Origin: Oikopleura dioica | Taxonomy: Eukaryota; Animalia; Chordata | Reading direction: 5' to 3' | DNA: 64,000 nt | Assembly (NCBI GenBank): GCA_907165135.1 | Contig: OU015568.1 | Span: forward strand, 8,742,001 to 8,806,000 | Shown: positions 24,670 through 36,100 of the stretch, in pieces | Position numbering within the stretch: the first letter of the stretch is position 1 | Layout: each line of letters opens with the position of its first letter | Notes under the pieces: generated by a model | The model's input: only the letters and a program-made list of their open reading frames with translations | Databases searched by the model: none | What the model was told of the DNA's origin: nothing | Program-made: the position numbers and the translations under genes

Positions 24670-25174
24670 TAAGGGTTCTCAGGCTCTTCGTAAGGTGGAG
24701 GCAAATCTTCCACAGGGATTGCCTCAAACGGGTTATCGAGTTGACCGACTTGATCCGCGTCTATTTCAGAGTTTTGTTGCTCTCTGTCATTTTCCAAGCC
24801 GCTGACATGATTTTCAATATCATCTACTTTCCATTTGACACAACATCTGTAGCAATACCTTCCACAAAACCAGTAATGGAATCTCGGCTCAGTTGCTGCT
24901 CTAAAGAATTTTATTTTTTATAAATATTTATTAAAACTTACTCTTCAAGCGGCATTGCGTTAGGATTTTCTTTGATTCTCTTTCTAACGATACATAAATA
25001 TCTCGACCAAAGAATGTAATAGATCAAATAGGAAATTATACAAAGTATAATGCCAGTCAAGAGTAAAATTCCCATTCCAGCGAGTGCAGATAGGCCAAGT
25101 AAACATGCTAAATACCCGGAAAAAACAGAATCGTCAGTTTGCTCTTCACAAAAGTCTCCTATCACTGACCAAAT

Positions 25175-25629
25175 CAGGGCTGGCAAATTAGGGTCCCGCC
25201 AGCCGCACTAATTTGAGTTAGAACCCTATTGTTAGAACCCTAATTCTCATTTTATAACTTTTTAGTGCGAGTAGTACGAGTTGGAAAAAGCCGCACTAAA
25301 ATCGTCCTAAAAGAGGCGCGCGCTTATTGGTCCGCCAATCATGGCGGGTCATTCGTTTTTCTTATCCATTCAGCTCTATTCTTTTTTCAATCTTCCACCA
25401 ATTTGTCCTCCGCGCCTGGTGGGAAGCGCGCGCCGATTGGATGATGAAAAAGAGCCTCATAATTAGTACGGTTAGGGCGGCGATTCAGTCCTAATAGACG
25501 AAAAAATATCAAGGAAAAAAAATAGGACGGGTAGGACGGGGATGCCGCACTAATTCGCACTAATTTTGAGTTAGAACCCTAACAATTTTTCGGTAGTGCG
25601 GCTGTTAGGACCCTAATTTGCCAGCCCTG
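25175..25629. mobile_element. hAT-superfamily-type MITE, 455 bp
   Basis: Perfect 22-bp TIR CAGGGCTGGCAAATTAGGGTCC. Perfect 8-bp TSD GACCAAAT at 25167-25174 and 25630-25637. Subterminal CCGCACTAA and TTAGAACCCTA repeats. Confidence 0.92.
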
Positions 25630-25730
25630 GACCAAATGTTCAATCGTTGCATTTTATCAATTCTGCACTGTGAGGAAAATAGTACGGCATTTTATATGGG
25701 CCCGTGATTCAGTCGAGCGTTTTGCAAATA

Positions 25731-26395
25731 CAGTGAAACCCCAACTTAAGGCCACTTTTTGGATGACAGCTAATTTAAAAAGTGGCCTTAAGTTGGGTGA
25801 TTCTACAACTAAGTTGGATGAAGCTAAAATTTTTCTATTTCTGGAGTAAGGGACTGAATCATGGGAATCAAAAATGAAAGGCGGAGGGCCTTATCAGAAA
25901 TTTCTCGCACGAACCAAGTATGAATTGTAAAAACTGAATGCGCCATTTGAATCAAACCTTCGGTTATGTTTTCATTCTCTTAAAAAAAATTTGCTGCAAA
26001 CATGTCGCAAGAAGAAACGAGAATCAGCATGACATTGGCCGAGAAAAAAAGATATGCAGAGATTATAGTGAAGACGCCGGAGAAGAGTGATGCAAAGAAG
26101 ATTATCAATGGGCTATTTCGAAAGACACATGATGGAAAAGACATTCCGACGCGGATGGAGGTTGAAGAAGTACCACAAGTTCAAGTGAGAGAAGATGCCG
26201 ACGCTGAAAAGCCATCGACTTCAAAATCGCCAAAGAAGCAGCCGAAGATAACGATTTTTTTTATTAAAAAGTGAATCTGTGAATAAAAATTGAAAAAAAA
26301 GTGGCCTAAAGTTGGATTTTTTTCGGATGACAGATTTCGGAGATTTTTCAAAAAAGTGGCCTTAAGTTGCTCGGCCTTAAGTTGGGGTTTCACTG
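25731..26395 (+). mobile_element. Tc1/mariner (pogo/Tigger-like) internally deleted element, 665 bp, with a 90-aa ORF
   Basis: TA|CAGTGAAACCCCAACTTAAGGCC ... GGCCTTAAGTTGGGGTTTCACTG|TA (23-bp TIR, TA TSD); internal copies of AAAAAGTGGCCTTAAGTT; ATG ORF at 26002-26274. Confidence 0.88.
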
Positions 26396-26613
26396 TATTA
26401 AGCTCGATGAGGCATCAAAAATTGGTCATCTTCAATAATAAGTTACTTTCCTCTTACGTTCTATTCCTAGAAAAAGAATGAATATGATCAAGATCAATAA
26501 TATTTTATCGTAATCAATGTTTACTTAAGTTTCTGCCATAGAAGTTCTGTGACTAAGAGTCTGAGTACCAATTTAATTTCGATTACGCCTGGGAAAATTT
26601 GATCCATGACATA

Positions 26614-27091
26614 GAGGTTTCGACATTTCAAACTACATGGTGCACCTTGACGAGCTGCGAGCGCGCGTTGCAACCACCGAGAAGTTAAATTACAAGTAAT
26701 ATACAGGAAAATACGTCAGATACGATTAATTGATCTTAGGTCTGAGAAATTCGACAACTTCAAATTCAACACCGGACACGATGGCACCAAGAAGGCAGTT
26801 TTTAACGCAGAAGACGCGCTCAAAGAACTAAAAGAAACCAAAGTCAAGCTTGATTCTTTCAAAAATGAAACGCGAGTGCGACAAATTATGGCGAGTCACA
26901 AAGGGGCTTCGGCTTCGAAACTTGTTCCTGAGCGAAATCGAGTTCCCTATGCCGACAGACCGTACCAAGATCCGATGAGTAGAACTTCCATGAGCACGAC
27001 CCAAAGCGATCGATTACTTTCACCTCTCCATCAAAATCGAAGGAGTGCGTATCAAAATCGCCCGAGTGCCCCTCGTCGGCCAGTTTTTTAA
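26614..27091 (+). CDS. 3' exons of an unknown gene; 5' end unresolved
   Basis: Two phase-compatible exons GFDISNYMVHLDELRARVATTEKLNYK|SEKFDNFKF...RRPVF* are separated by a ~46 nt GT-AG intron and followed by an AT-rich 3' region. Confidence 0.5.
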
Positions 27092-27190
27092 ATCCCTATC
27101 TAATAAAAAAACATGAGTTTAGCGCTTCTTTGATTTATTTATATGTAATTCATCGAGTACAGTTTGTCAATTTTGGCAGATTAGAGTGCT

Positions 27191-28052
27191 TTAGTTGCTG
27201 ACAGAGGATTTCCAGAGGGATGGCTCCCATGGCTGTCCGGGCTGCTGAGTGGTGAAGAGGTTGACGGTGCTACTGGCATAGTCAGCGACCTGAGGAGTAA
27301 CGGTTAGATTTTGTATACGGAGAAAACGCTTACGTTGATGGTCACGAGGCCGGTATCAGAGTAAAGGTTACCCCATGGATCTTGGATGACGTTGATGCCG
27401 TCAACGTTGATTTCACCAGAGTTGGTGGTCAAGTTCATGCAGGCAAAGCCGTTTCCGACGGCGTCATTGAGCTGCATAGCGACAACATCTCCGGGCTGGG
27501 CACCAGCGACCTGATAAAAGAGTTGAAAATCAGGTTTTTTGAGATATTTTACCTGGAAGTTGTAGTTGGATTCCTTGGCCATTCGGAAGTCATTGGCGGT
27601 TTCCATGAAGTAAAGGCCGGGGAGAGCGTAGCCTTCGTCGGTGCAGGAAAGGGTGACGTCAACGTCAGTTCCGCAAGTGGCGTTGTTGAGGATACCAGTA
27701 GAGGCATCGAAAGATTGTTCCCAGAAGATCACGACATCGATGGTGTCGGATCCGATACCGTCGAAGTTGGTGAAAGAATATTCGTCGATGATGAATTCAC
27801 CACCGAGGAAGACTCTCCATGGGTTGTAGCCGTTGAAATCAAGGGTGCAAGTAGAGTTGACAGCAGTCTTTTCGAATTGGATCTAAAGATAGAGGGTTAG
27901 GACGCAGCTTGAAGCTTGTTTCTTGTTAAGATTTTCTCATTTTTATCATAAAAACTAACCTGAGTTCCGCATGGATCTTCGTCGGATTGTCCTGGCCAGT
28001 TGACAGGATCAAAAGCGGCGGCAGAAGCGATAAGGGCAGTTGCGAATTTCAT
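27191..28052 (-). CDS. Secreted acidic Cys-containing protein, possibly an extracellular/house structural protein; 4 exons
   Basis: Signal peptide MKFATALIASAAA; DPVNWPGQSDEDPCGTQ|IQF...; strong C-ending codon bias; ends WEPSLWKSSVSN* at 27191. Confidence 0.8.
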
Positions 28053-29283
28053 ACTTTCTTTTATGAAGTTTCTCTTTCTTGAGACTACTGATCAAATATC
28101 CTGTATCGGATGATTTTATATGAGCAAATGTAAATAGAAGCGCGCTTTTATAGCGTCACTCGGCAGCGCGCGCAGGCGGCGCTCGAGAGCAAAGAGAGAG
28201 AGAAATCACGAGCGCGGAGTGTGCGGCGCTGGAATTTTAACGACGGCAGTAGCTTTTAAATGAGGAGTGCTTTCGGAAGCAGCTTCACATTCCCAGAAGG
28301 GATTATTACGCAGTTCGCGATAAGTGGCAACGTAAAGTCTGCTTTTCTCAGAATCTGGGACAAAGTTCGAGCCACAATAAAAACGAATGAAAATGAAATT
28401 TCAGAACATTCAAGTTCCGGCAGCGTTTAAAATGGCTTTATCTCGTAAATGACGAGTGGTGATATTTGCAAACGATGAAATTATCAGGTGCATGTAAATA
28501 ATAGATATTTCAGTGTCAACGTTTTTTTTTATAAAAAGAATTCTAGCGACGACTGACAGAGGAGTTTTTTAGAGGTATATTTTGATGACGTTTTTCTCTA
28601 TCACCATCTTTATTAAAAAGATATGAAGATAGCTTTAAGACCGGATGATTTACGAGTCCCTTTCCGCCAGGACATAAAAGTGGCGACTTCTGTAAATGAG
28701 AAGGGCAAAGTCGGCAAATGTCGCCATTCTCTTTGCTCAATATTCTCAATATTGAAGTTAGGCAGTGATTTATAGACTCAAGAAGAAGGCGCTTTAGAAT
28801 TTTTATGCGTTCCGGGCATTCTGCCTCCTAATTTCTTATATCAAGGAAATTTCACTACACAATCGACACATACACAAGAGGACACGCACAGTAATTATAA
28901 TAGCTTTAAAATGCTTGTAGATAAAGATTGAGTGTAAGCTGTTCAATTGAATTGGCTTGTGTTTGCAGAGAGTGAGAGCCAACAGCCGTGACACATTCCA
29001 AACTTTTCTGCTGACAATCCCCAAATCTCAGTAACGACCGTCAAAAAAGCGTCAAATATGCAAGAGAATAACAATGCAAATGAAAGAGATAAAGAAAAAA
29101 AGCCCAAAGTTAGGGTTAGAAGAAGGAAAACTAAAGAAAAGGTAATTCATATTTCTCAAATAAATATATTATTTTATACCAAAATAATCAGAATAAGGAG
29201 CCGCACCTTCAGTGCAAATAATTTTCAGCCTTTAAAAATTGCTTTATTTTTTATCAGAAAATTCTAAACTACGATAGATTTAA

Positions 29284-29943
29284 GGAGGGGGTCGACGAGA
29301 AAAATTTTTTCGCTTTTTCAAAATTTTGGTTATATTTTTGGATTCCTTAATAAAAAAGGAACATTTTTGGTCTCCAGCTTTTTGGGCATTGACTAACTTT
29401 TTTTAACAAAATCTTCGATTTTGTGTCTGAAATTCGAGATTTTACAAAATTGTAAAGTTGGTTATTTCACCCAAAAACAATCTTAATCCGATTTTTATTC
29501 ACTAGATATTGTTTTTGAATGGTTTTCTTATCATTATCAGTAAAAAATTTCGAGTCTCGGCGCTTTTGGTAAAATTCTCCGTGAAAAATGAGCAAAAATG
29601 ACGATTTTTAGGAAAATCGCATATTTTTAGTAAACATAAAAAATTTTTTATATAAAAGCAGCCCGTTTTATATTGTCGCCGCTGTATTTTTAAGGGTTTC
29701 AACTTACTATTTAATAAATTAGACGAAGAAAAAAATATCCCGTTTTCGAGATTTTTTGGTTACGAGTAACCCCCACTTTGACCCAATTTTTTGAAAATTT
29801 TTTCGAAAAAAATTTTTTTCTAGTTTTCGCCGCTGTATTTTTCAAACACTTTTCTTTCCACCTGAAAAGTCAGAATTCGCCTATCTAAGCAGGTTTTTCC
29901 GGATTTTTGGTTACAGAAATCCCGATTCTCGTCGACCTCCCCC
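29284..29943. mobile_element. TTAA-flanked MITE with GG...CC termini (Kolobok-like), 660 bp
   Basis: TTAA|GGAGGGGGTCGACGAGAA ... TTCTCGTCGACCTCCCCC|TTAA; internal repeats of TCGCCGCTGTATTTTT and TTTTTGGTTAC. Confidence 0.75.
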
Positions 29944-30527
29944 TTAAGGATAATTCATATTTACCGACCGAATTAATAAAAAGCCCTTTAAATTTGTCTT
30001 AAAATATTTCTCCGCGTCAAATTGTCTCAAACACTAGTTTATTCGACATAAGGAAGCCCATGCTCCAATTGAACATGTTTGCCCATATTTTACAGCTAGA
30101 ATAGGAAGCCTTTCAAATTTACACGTTTTCAGGAATGAGATTTTTTCACGATTTTTAGAGAGCGTTTTTCAATTTGAAAAATCCATGGGAAAGCAGTTTT
30201 GCGTTGATTTTTTTCAAAGAGAAATTTGCGTTATCATACTTAGCGAGCAATTACTACACAAATATTGGTCAAGTGGACGGGGACCTTCTGAATTCTGATT
30301 GAAGGACTGTTCTTATTCATACCAAAATCGTTCTATGTTTACTCTTACGGTAAGAATCTTACTGTAACGTTAATTAAATCTTTGAGTCTCAAGCATTAAA
30401 TTAAGATTAAAAAATTGATTTTCAAAAATATTAATCATATTTAATATTAATTAATAATTAATTAATAATTAAAGCAAAAATAATTACGGTTTTAAAGTTT
30501 ATTATTAACCCTAACCCTAGCCCTAAC

Positions 30528-31745
30528 CAGGGGTCTAAATATCAGCCGAAATCCTAGTGCGAAAGCGAAGCGAAAGCGAACTATTTTTTCAAATTTTTTG
30601 CGAAGCGAAAGCGAAGCGAATTTTTCGCCCATGTGCGAAGCGAAAGCGAAGCGAAATATCATTGAAAATTGCGAAAAAAAGCGAAAATTTTTGTGCTTGA
30701 ATTGAAACGCATTCTCTGGCAAGAATCTTTAGCAATCAGACACTCAAAAGAAAAGATGATTTCAAAAACCTATTTTTGGGGCAGAAAATTACAAAAAATC
30801 TGTTACTGTACTTTTTTCAGCTCGTCAATATAAGCCGAATGGTGGGTCTAACTGTTGATTATTCCAAGTTAGTAATAAAGTTTATTATAAACTGGATATC
30901 AGGGGTGACCATTCGGGCATCGGGAAGTCGGGGAAAACGGACAATTTTCGGGCAAAATGTGTTCGGCCGGGCATTCGGACGGCTCAGCCCCTTTAATTTG
31001 GCCGGGCAAAAGTGGGCTTTTCGGGCATTTCGGCAAGTTCGGCACTTTCGGGGAATTCAGCGCTTTCGGGCAGTTGGTCAAGCCCGCGCCGAGGAAAATT
31101 TTTAAAATTCGCATTCTTTACAACTAATTTTGCTCTCTTGCTCCTCTAACTGAATCAAAAGCCTTTCGAAACTTATTTTTCTAGCCCTAATCTATTGAAA
31201 ATTCCATCACCAGCTCGACCGGGCATTCGGACGGCGCAACTCTTGGCCATTGATTTCGGCCGGGCATTCGGATGCCCAATCGACGATTTCTTGCCCGAAT
31301 GGTCACCCTTGCTCGATAGGAGATGAGATCATCTTCGATTCTAGATAAGCCCTGTTCATAAAGATCATTCTGATCATTCAAAAATAGAGGATTATCTACA
31401 GCACTTACAATAAAAAAGTGTTTTCCGGGGTAGGACCAGCTTGATAACCAGTCAATCCTTGGATTTATGGAGAGTTAGACCCACCATTAGACTCGTCTTG
31501 ACAAGACTGAGAAAACTTGAATTTATAACGGCATCAATAATGCCCCTCTCCAACTCTTTGATAAAGAATCTTCCGAATAGCAAAGTCGCTTGCTGTGCGA
31601 AAATTTATGCGAAAATTTGGGATTTTTTGCGAAGCGAAAGCGAAGCGAATTCTGCTCTCCAGTGCGAAGCGAAGCGAAAGCGAATTCGCTTCGCTTCGCA
31701 TCGCTTCGCAATATAGCGAATTCGCACTGCGAATTTAGACCCCTG
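30528..31745. mobile_element. hAT-like MITE with (GCGAA)n subterminal arrays, inserted in a (CCCTAA)n tract
   Basis: Perfect 13-bp TIR CAGGGGTCTAAAT / ATTTAGACCCCTG; CCCTAAC on both sides; flanks are AACCCTAACCCTAGCCCTAAC and CCCTAACCCTAACCCTAA. Confidence 0.85.
30900..31311. mobile_element. Second hAT-like MITE nested in the previous one, with (TTCGGGCA)n repeats
   Basis: TIR CAGGGGTGACCATTCGGGCA / TGCCCGAATGGTCACCCTTG (1 mismatch). Flanks CTGGATAT and CTCGATAG are a 6/8 match, consistent with a diverged 8-bp TSD. Confidence 0.8.
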
Positions 31746-33112
31746 CCCTAACCCTAACCCTAATGATTCCCAACTTGGAAAAATCTAAATTTAAAGTTCA
31801 GCCGGCTCTTTTGGAATAATTAAGATAAATAACGTATGGTATGCTCGCTGGGTTATTCACTTCTCGGTTGAGTTACTCCACCCACGTGAAGTTGCGTGGT
31901 GGAGGCGCTTCTCCAGGCTTTGCTCCAGCATCTGGGCGCCAAGTTTAATTGTATCCCTTTAAAATTCTTTATTTAACAAAAACACGAGAGATAACTAGAA
32001 GAAGAATTTTACAAAGAAGATCTTGGAGCTTTCAAGAACCTTCTTAGTTTTCATCCTTTTTGCCAAACCAAACGTACAATTACAAAAAGGTCTGGCCGTA
32101 GGCTAACTGTCGAGCAGAATGGAATTTCAAGGGGAGAGGAAATCACGAAGATAATACCATATTAAATTAAATTTACCAAACAGGGTCTCAGTCAGAGAAA
32201 GAGAAGGTTTGAATAAGCGGGCATATAAGCTGGTAATCATCGGCCCCACTCACACGCGCGGAACGAGGCGGTACTTCAGATAGGCAAATTTTGTTGAGCT
32301 TTTTTGAAGAGCTTGAATAAACAATTTTGCTTAGAAATATAGAATAATTTCTGTATAAACCTGAAGGGCAGGCATTCAGCTTGAAATTGCCCTACAATTT
32401 AGTCCTTCTGAAAAAGTTATAATTGAATAGATTCAGTTAAACTTATCATAAGCTCTTGTATACAACTTATAAGTAGATCAAGGTGTCAGTCTTTTTTAAT
32501 TCTCGATTGAAATGATCTCTTTGCTTCTCTCAAAAATACAAAACTACAAGATAATAATGGACAATAGATGGAGACAATAGAAGTGCCGCGTTGGCCGCAA
32601 TTTCGACAAATTCTAACGCTGAGCAAATTCTCCCCCTTCCCCTCCGTTCCTGTCCAGTACACACCACTTTGTCGCTTTCCTAATTAATCCCTTTTGATAC
32701 GGCTCATTATGAAACATTTTCGAATTGAATTGACGATTCTCCCAAAGAGAGAGAGAAAAAACACTTGAAAAAAGCGCCCACAAGTTCTTTTCAAAAAGAG
32801 AAAGATGGATCAATGAATGTTCGAACTTCGAACTTGAATTTTGCGAAAAAATAGAGAAAGAAAAAATTTTAATTAAAAAATTAGTTGAACAAAAAAGTCA
32901 TCTTTATTTCTCAATTTTGACTGTATTTGACATTTGATTTTGCACTGTGGGGAGCCGTGATTCGGAGATCTTTGTCTAAAATTAACTCCAGGCTGATTTA
33001 ACTGATCTCCTTTCCCGCGACTCTTTTTAGCTTATTATCTTAACGAGAGGAAACTCAAAATAACATTTTCACAATGCGAAATTTCGGTTTTCAGAAATGC
33101 GCTAAAAACGAA

Positions 33113-36100
33113 ATGGCCCAGAACGAAACGCAAAATAACGAAAAGGACGAATTCGCCGACAGAATAAATTCTCAGTCCGATGAAATCGAAAAAATCCAAG
33201 CCAGAACATTTACGAAGGCTCTTAATTCCGCGGCGGTAAAAGACCAGCCGATTGACAACTTATTCGAAGATCTGCGGGATGGAAAACGGCTGCTGAAGAT
33301 TGTTAATTTTTTCACCACTTCAAAACTCGTAAGTTACTGGAAGATAGTACAGTATGACCAGGAAAAAGGTCAGACTTGCTCTAAATCTGTCAACGCGAGT
33401 TTTATGCTCTCGCGATTTTTTTCTTCGTTTTATGAATATTTGACAACGAGTACTGTGGATTTTCTGGCTTTATTCTTGTTTATTTAGATTATTCATTTGA
33501 TAAATTAAGAATTTGCCAACGTCTTTGCATCAGGTGAAGGGAAAAAAACTGATTGACGAATCTTCCCACGTGATTTGAATGGGAGCCCTTGATTTTAAAA
33601 ATTAATGAATAAATAAATTTATTTTTTATTCAAAAATTCATTCAGAAAATCTTTGATTCAAGAACACATAAACGTCTGATTCAAAAGTCACTTTTGCTAA
33701 TACAGTATAATTACAGAAAACCTGACAGTACATTTAAGAAACCCGAGCGAGGCTCATCAAATATCCACTCAAAAACAAACGTAAATAAATGCCTCGATAC
33801 CCTGGAAAAGAATCAAGTCGAGTTTGTCAACATTCAAGCGGCCGAACTAGTCGCCGGAAATGAAAAGATCACTCTTGGAATCGTATGGACAATTTTACAC
33901 CACTTTCAGGTACACTTTATTTTTCAATTGAACTTGATTTTGCAGAAGATAGTTTTTTTAACCAAATGCTGATTCACGGCTTAGATCCAAACCAGGTCCT
34001 TTTTTATAGAGCTAATAATTAGATTCTTTGATGTCCGAAATGTCCTCTTGAAAAAGGTCATTGTTGCGCGTTTTAAATAGCCCGTTCCTACTGATTGATA
34101 AGTCGAGTACTTCGGCGGTTGTTGCCACTCTTCTAAAATTATGATAAGGTTTAAGGCAGCGAAAAGCCTTATCAAGCGAAACTCAAGAGCTTAAATTATC
34201 AATAATTATGCTTCAACAGCCAGCATTGCTCGAATTTCGGCGTAACTTACGAATGGCTCTTCTAGTGCTAGAGCCGTCAATAACCGTAACGGGACTCTCT
34301 TTTCGTGAAAATATTTTTCTTGGTGCGAGGGGCGGAAACTGATAAGAGGGACGTTCCATTTTTTATCAGAAGACTCGGCCTTACTTCAAAAGAAAAAAGT
34401 CCGCCTTTCCTTCCTGCCAAACGAGCTATGTAAAGAGCCATTGAATGAATTCATCAAGCTCTCTCCATCTGATGATCTTCTTGGAGGGTGGATGTTACTT
34501 TGTGGGTAATTATGATATGACTCCGCGGCCGAGTGATACGGGTAATTTTCGGATAAGCGTCTTCCTTGATTTGAAGGAGAAGGAGGGTGAAAATGATGCT
34601 CTGATTTTTCTTCTTTTCTTCGTTTCGGGGAGATTTTTCGAGATCTAAATCGATCCATGAAATTAAAAATCAGCGCTAAAAACGCTGAGAAAGCCTTACT
34701 CTGGCACTCAAACTAACCTCGGAAATCCTGCAGTAATGCACTGCTGAAAACAGCTCATTTCTTCCGCTTGTGCCGCCCTAGAAAATGCGATTATCCCCTT
34801 TTTGTTCTCTCCTAAATTTCATACTCGTGGTGGATTCTCTGAATCTGTTGCGCTAAGTAAACGGCTATCTTATCCATCAGGCTCACAAGGACGTCCATGT
34901 TCAAGAGTTGCGAGTTAGACAAATTCAATTTTGGCAATTTGCAAAGCTGGCAAATTTCATTCAATTAAAGGAGCACCAGGATATGTTGAAGGACGCCCAC
35001 TTGGCTTTATTTTTACAAGTCGAGAAGAGTTTTTTCTAATTAGAAACTCAAATTTCAGATTCTGAACGCTGACTAGGCCAAAACTAAGCAAAAAAATCAT
35101 AAAAATCAAAATTTTCACAATTATCATTTTTCACGATTTCAGGTCAAATTGGCGATGAAAAACGTAGATTTGGACGAAGATCATGCCCCAGACGTAATTC
35201 TCATGGCTTGGGTAAAACGCCAAATCCACCAATATGTCCTCCCGCTTTACAACTTCAAAAGCTGCTGGGTAGATGGGAAGATCTTCGTCGCCATCTTGTT
35301 GAACAACGGCTTACTGGAGAAGGAACTTACTTGGGAAAAGTTATGCGACCTTTCGGCCGAGCAGCGGATTCAACTAGGCAAAGGTTACGTAATTACGCAA
35401 ATTCCTCAGCTGCTTAATCGAAAACTTGAAGGTTCAACTTAAAATTTTGCAGCAGAAGTTTTTTCATTTTACCGTTTCGTAATCAAAAATAAAGCTTTCA
35501 CGGTGGCACAAGAGCGATTGAAAATTGCGCCCATTTTAGAAGTCGCCGATTTGATGGAAAAGCCCGACTCGAAATGCATTCAGCTTTACGTCAGTTATCT
35601 GTACGAGGAGCTTAAGGATTACGACGCAGAAGGCTCTATCTCGTCCCGGTCCAGCCTAAAAAGCCTCGTCCAAACCGTAATGATAAGCCGGACGCTGGAT
35701 GGCGCGAACAAGCTCAAAGAGCAAGCTCACCAGCTGATTTTGAAAATTCGCGAAATCAAGAAAAACGCAGAAAGTGTTAATCTGGAGGATGATTTGGAAA
35801 GAGTCGAATTGCTACAAAAACTGCACGATGAAAATGAACTGAGAATCCGGGAAATCGAAAGTCTGCGGGACAACGTCGAGTCTATCAGACGAGATTTGAA
35901 GGATGAAATCTCCGCCGAGCTTTGGGAGCTCTTCCGGGTCACTGCTCACGTGGTGGAGGCGCTGCAGCAGAGATTAGGAGTTCTAGTGATGGACAAGTTC
36001 CAAGGGGTGACCGATCAGTGGTACGAACAGATTAAACTGATTGGAGAAAAAGTCGAAAAATTAGGAACTGGTTGATTGATTTTCAGTAACGATGTTTCTG

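Noticed and set aside
29110-29120. TTAGGGTTAG as a telomeric repeat
   Set aside because: It is under two units and lies in a probable coding exon (KVRVRRRK).
30492-31716. ORFs 30492-30722, 30776-31105, 30899-31114, 31187-31381, 31441-31716 and 31523-31711
   Set aside because: They are translations of MITE subterminal repeats or interiors with no transposase motifs.
250-31745. Short tandem arrays (GGAGT, GCGAA, TTCGGGCA, CCGCACTAA) as CRISPR-like or satellite arrays
   Set aside because: There are no unique spacers, the DNA is eukaryotic, and the arrays are subterminal repeats bounded by TIRs.
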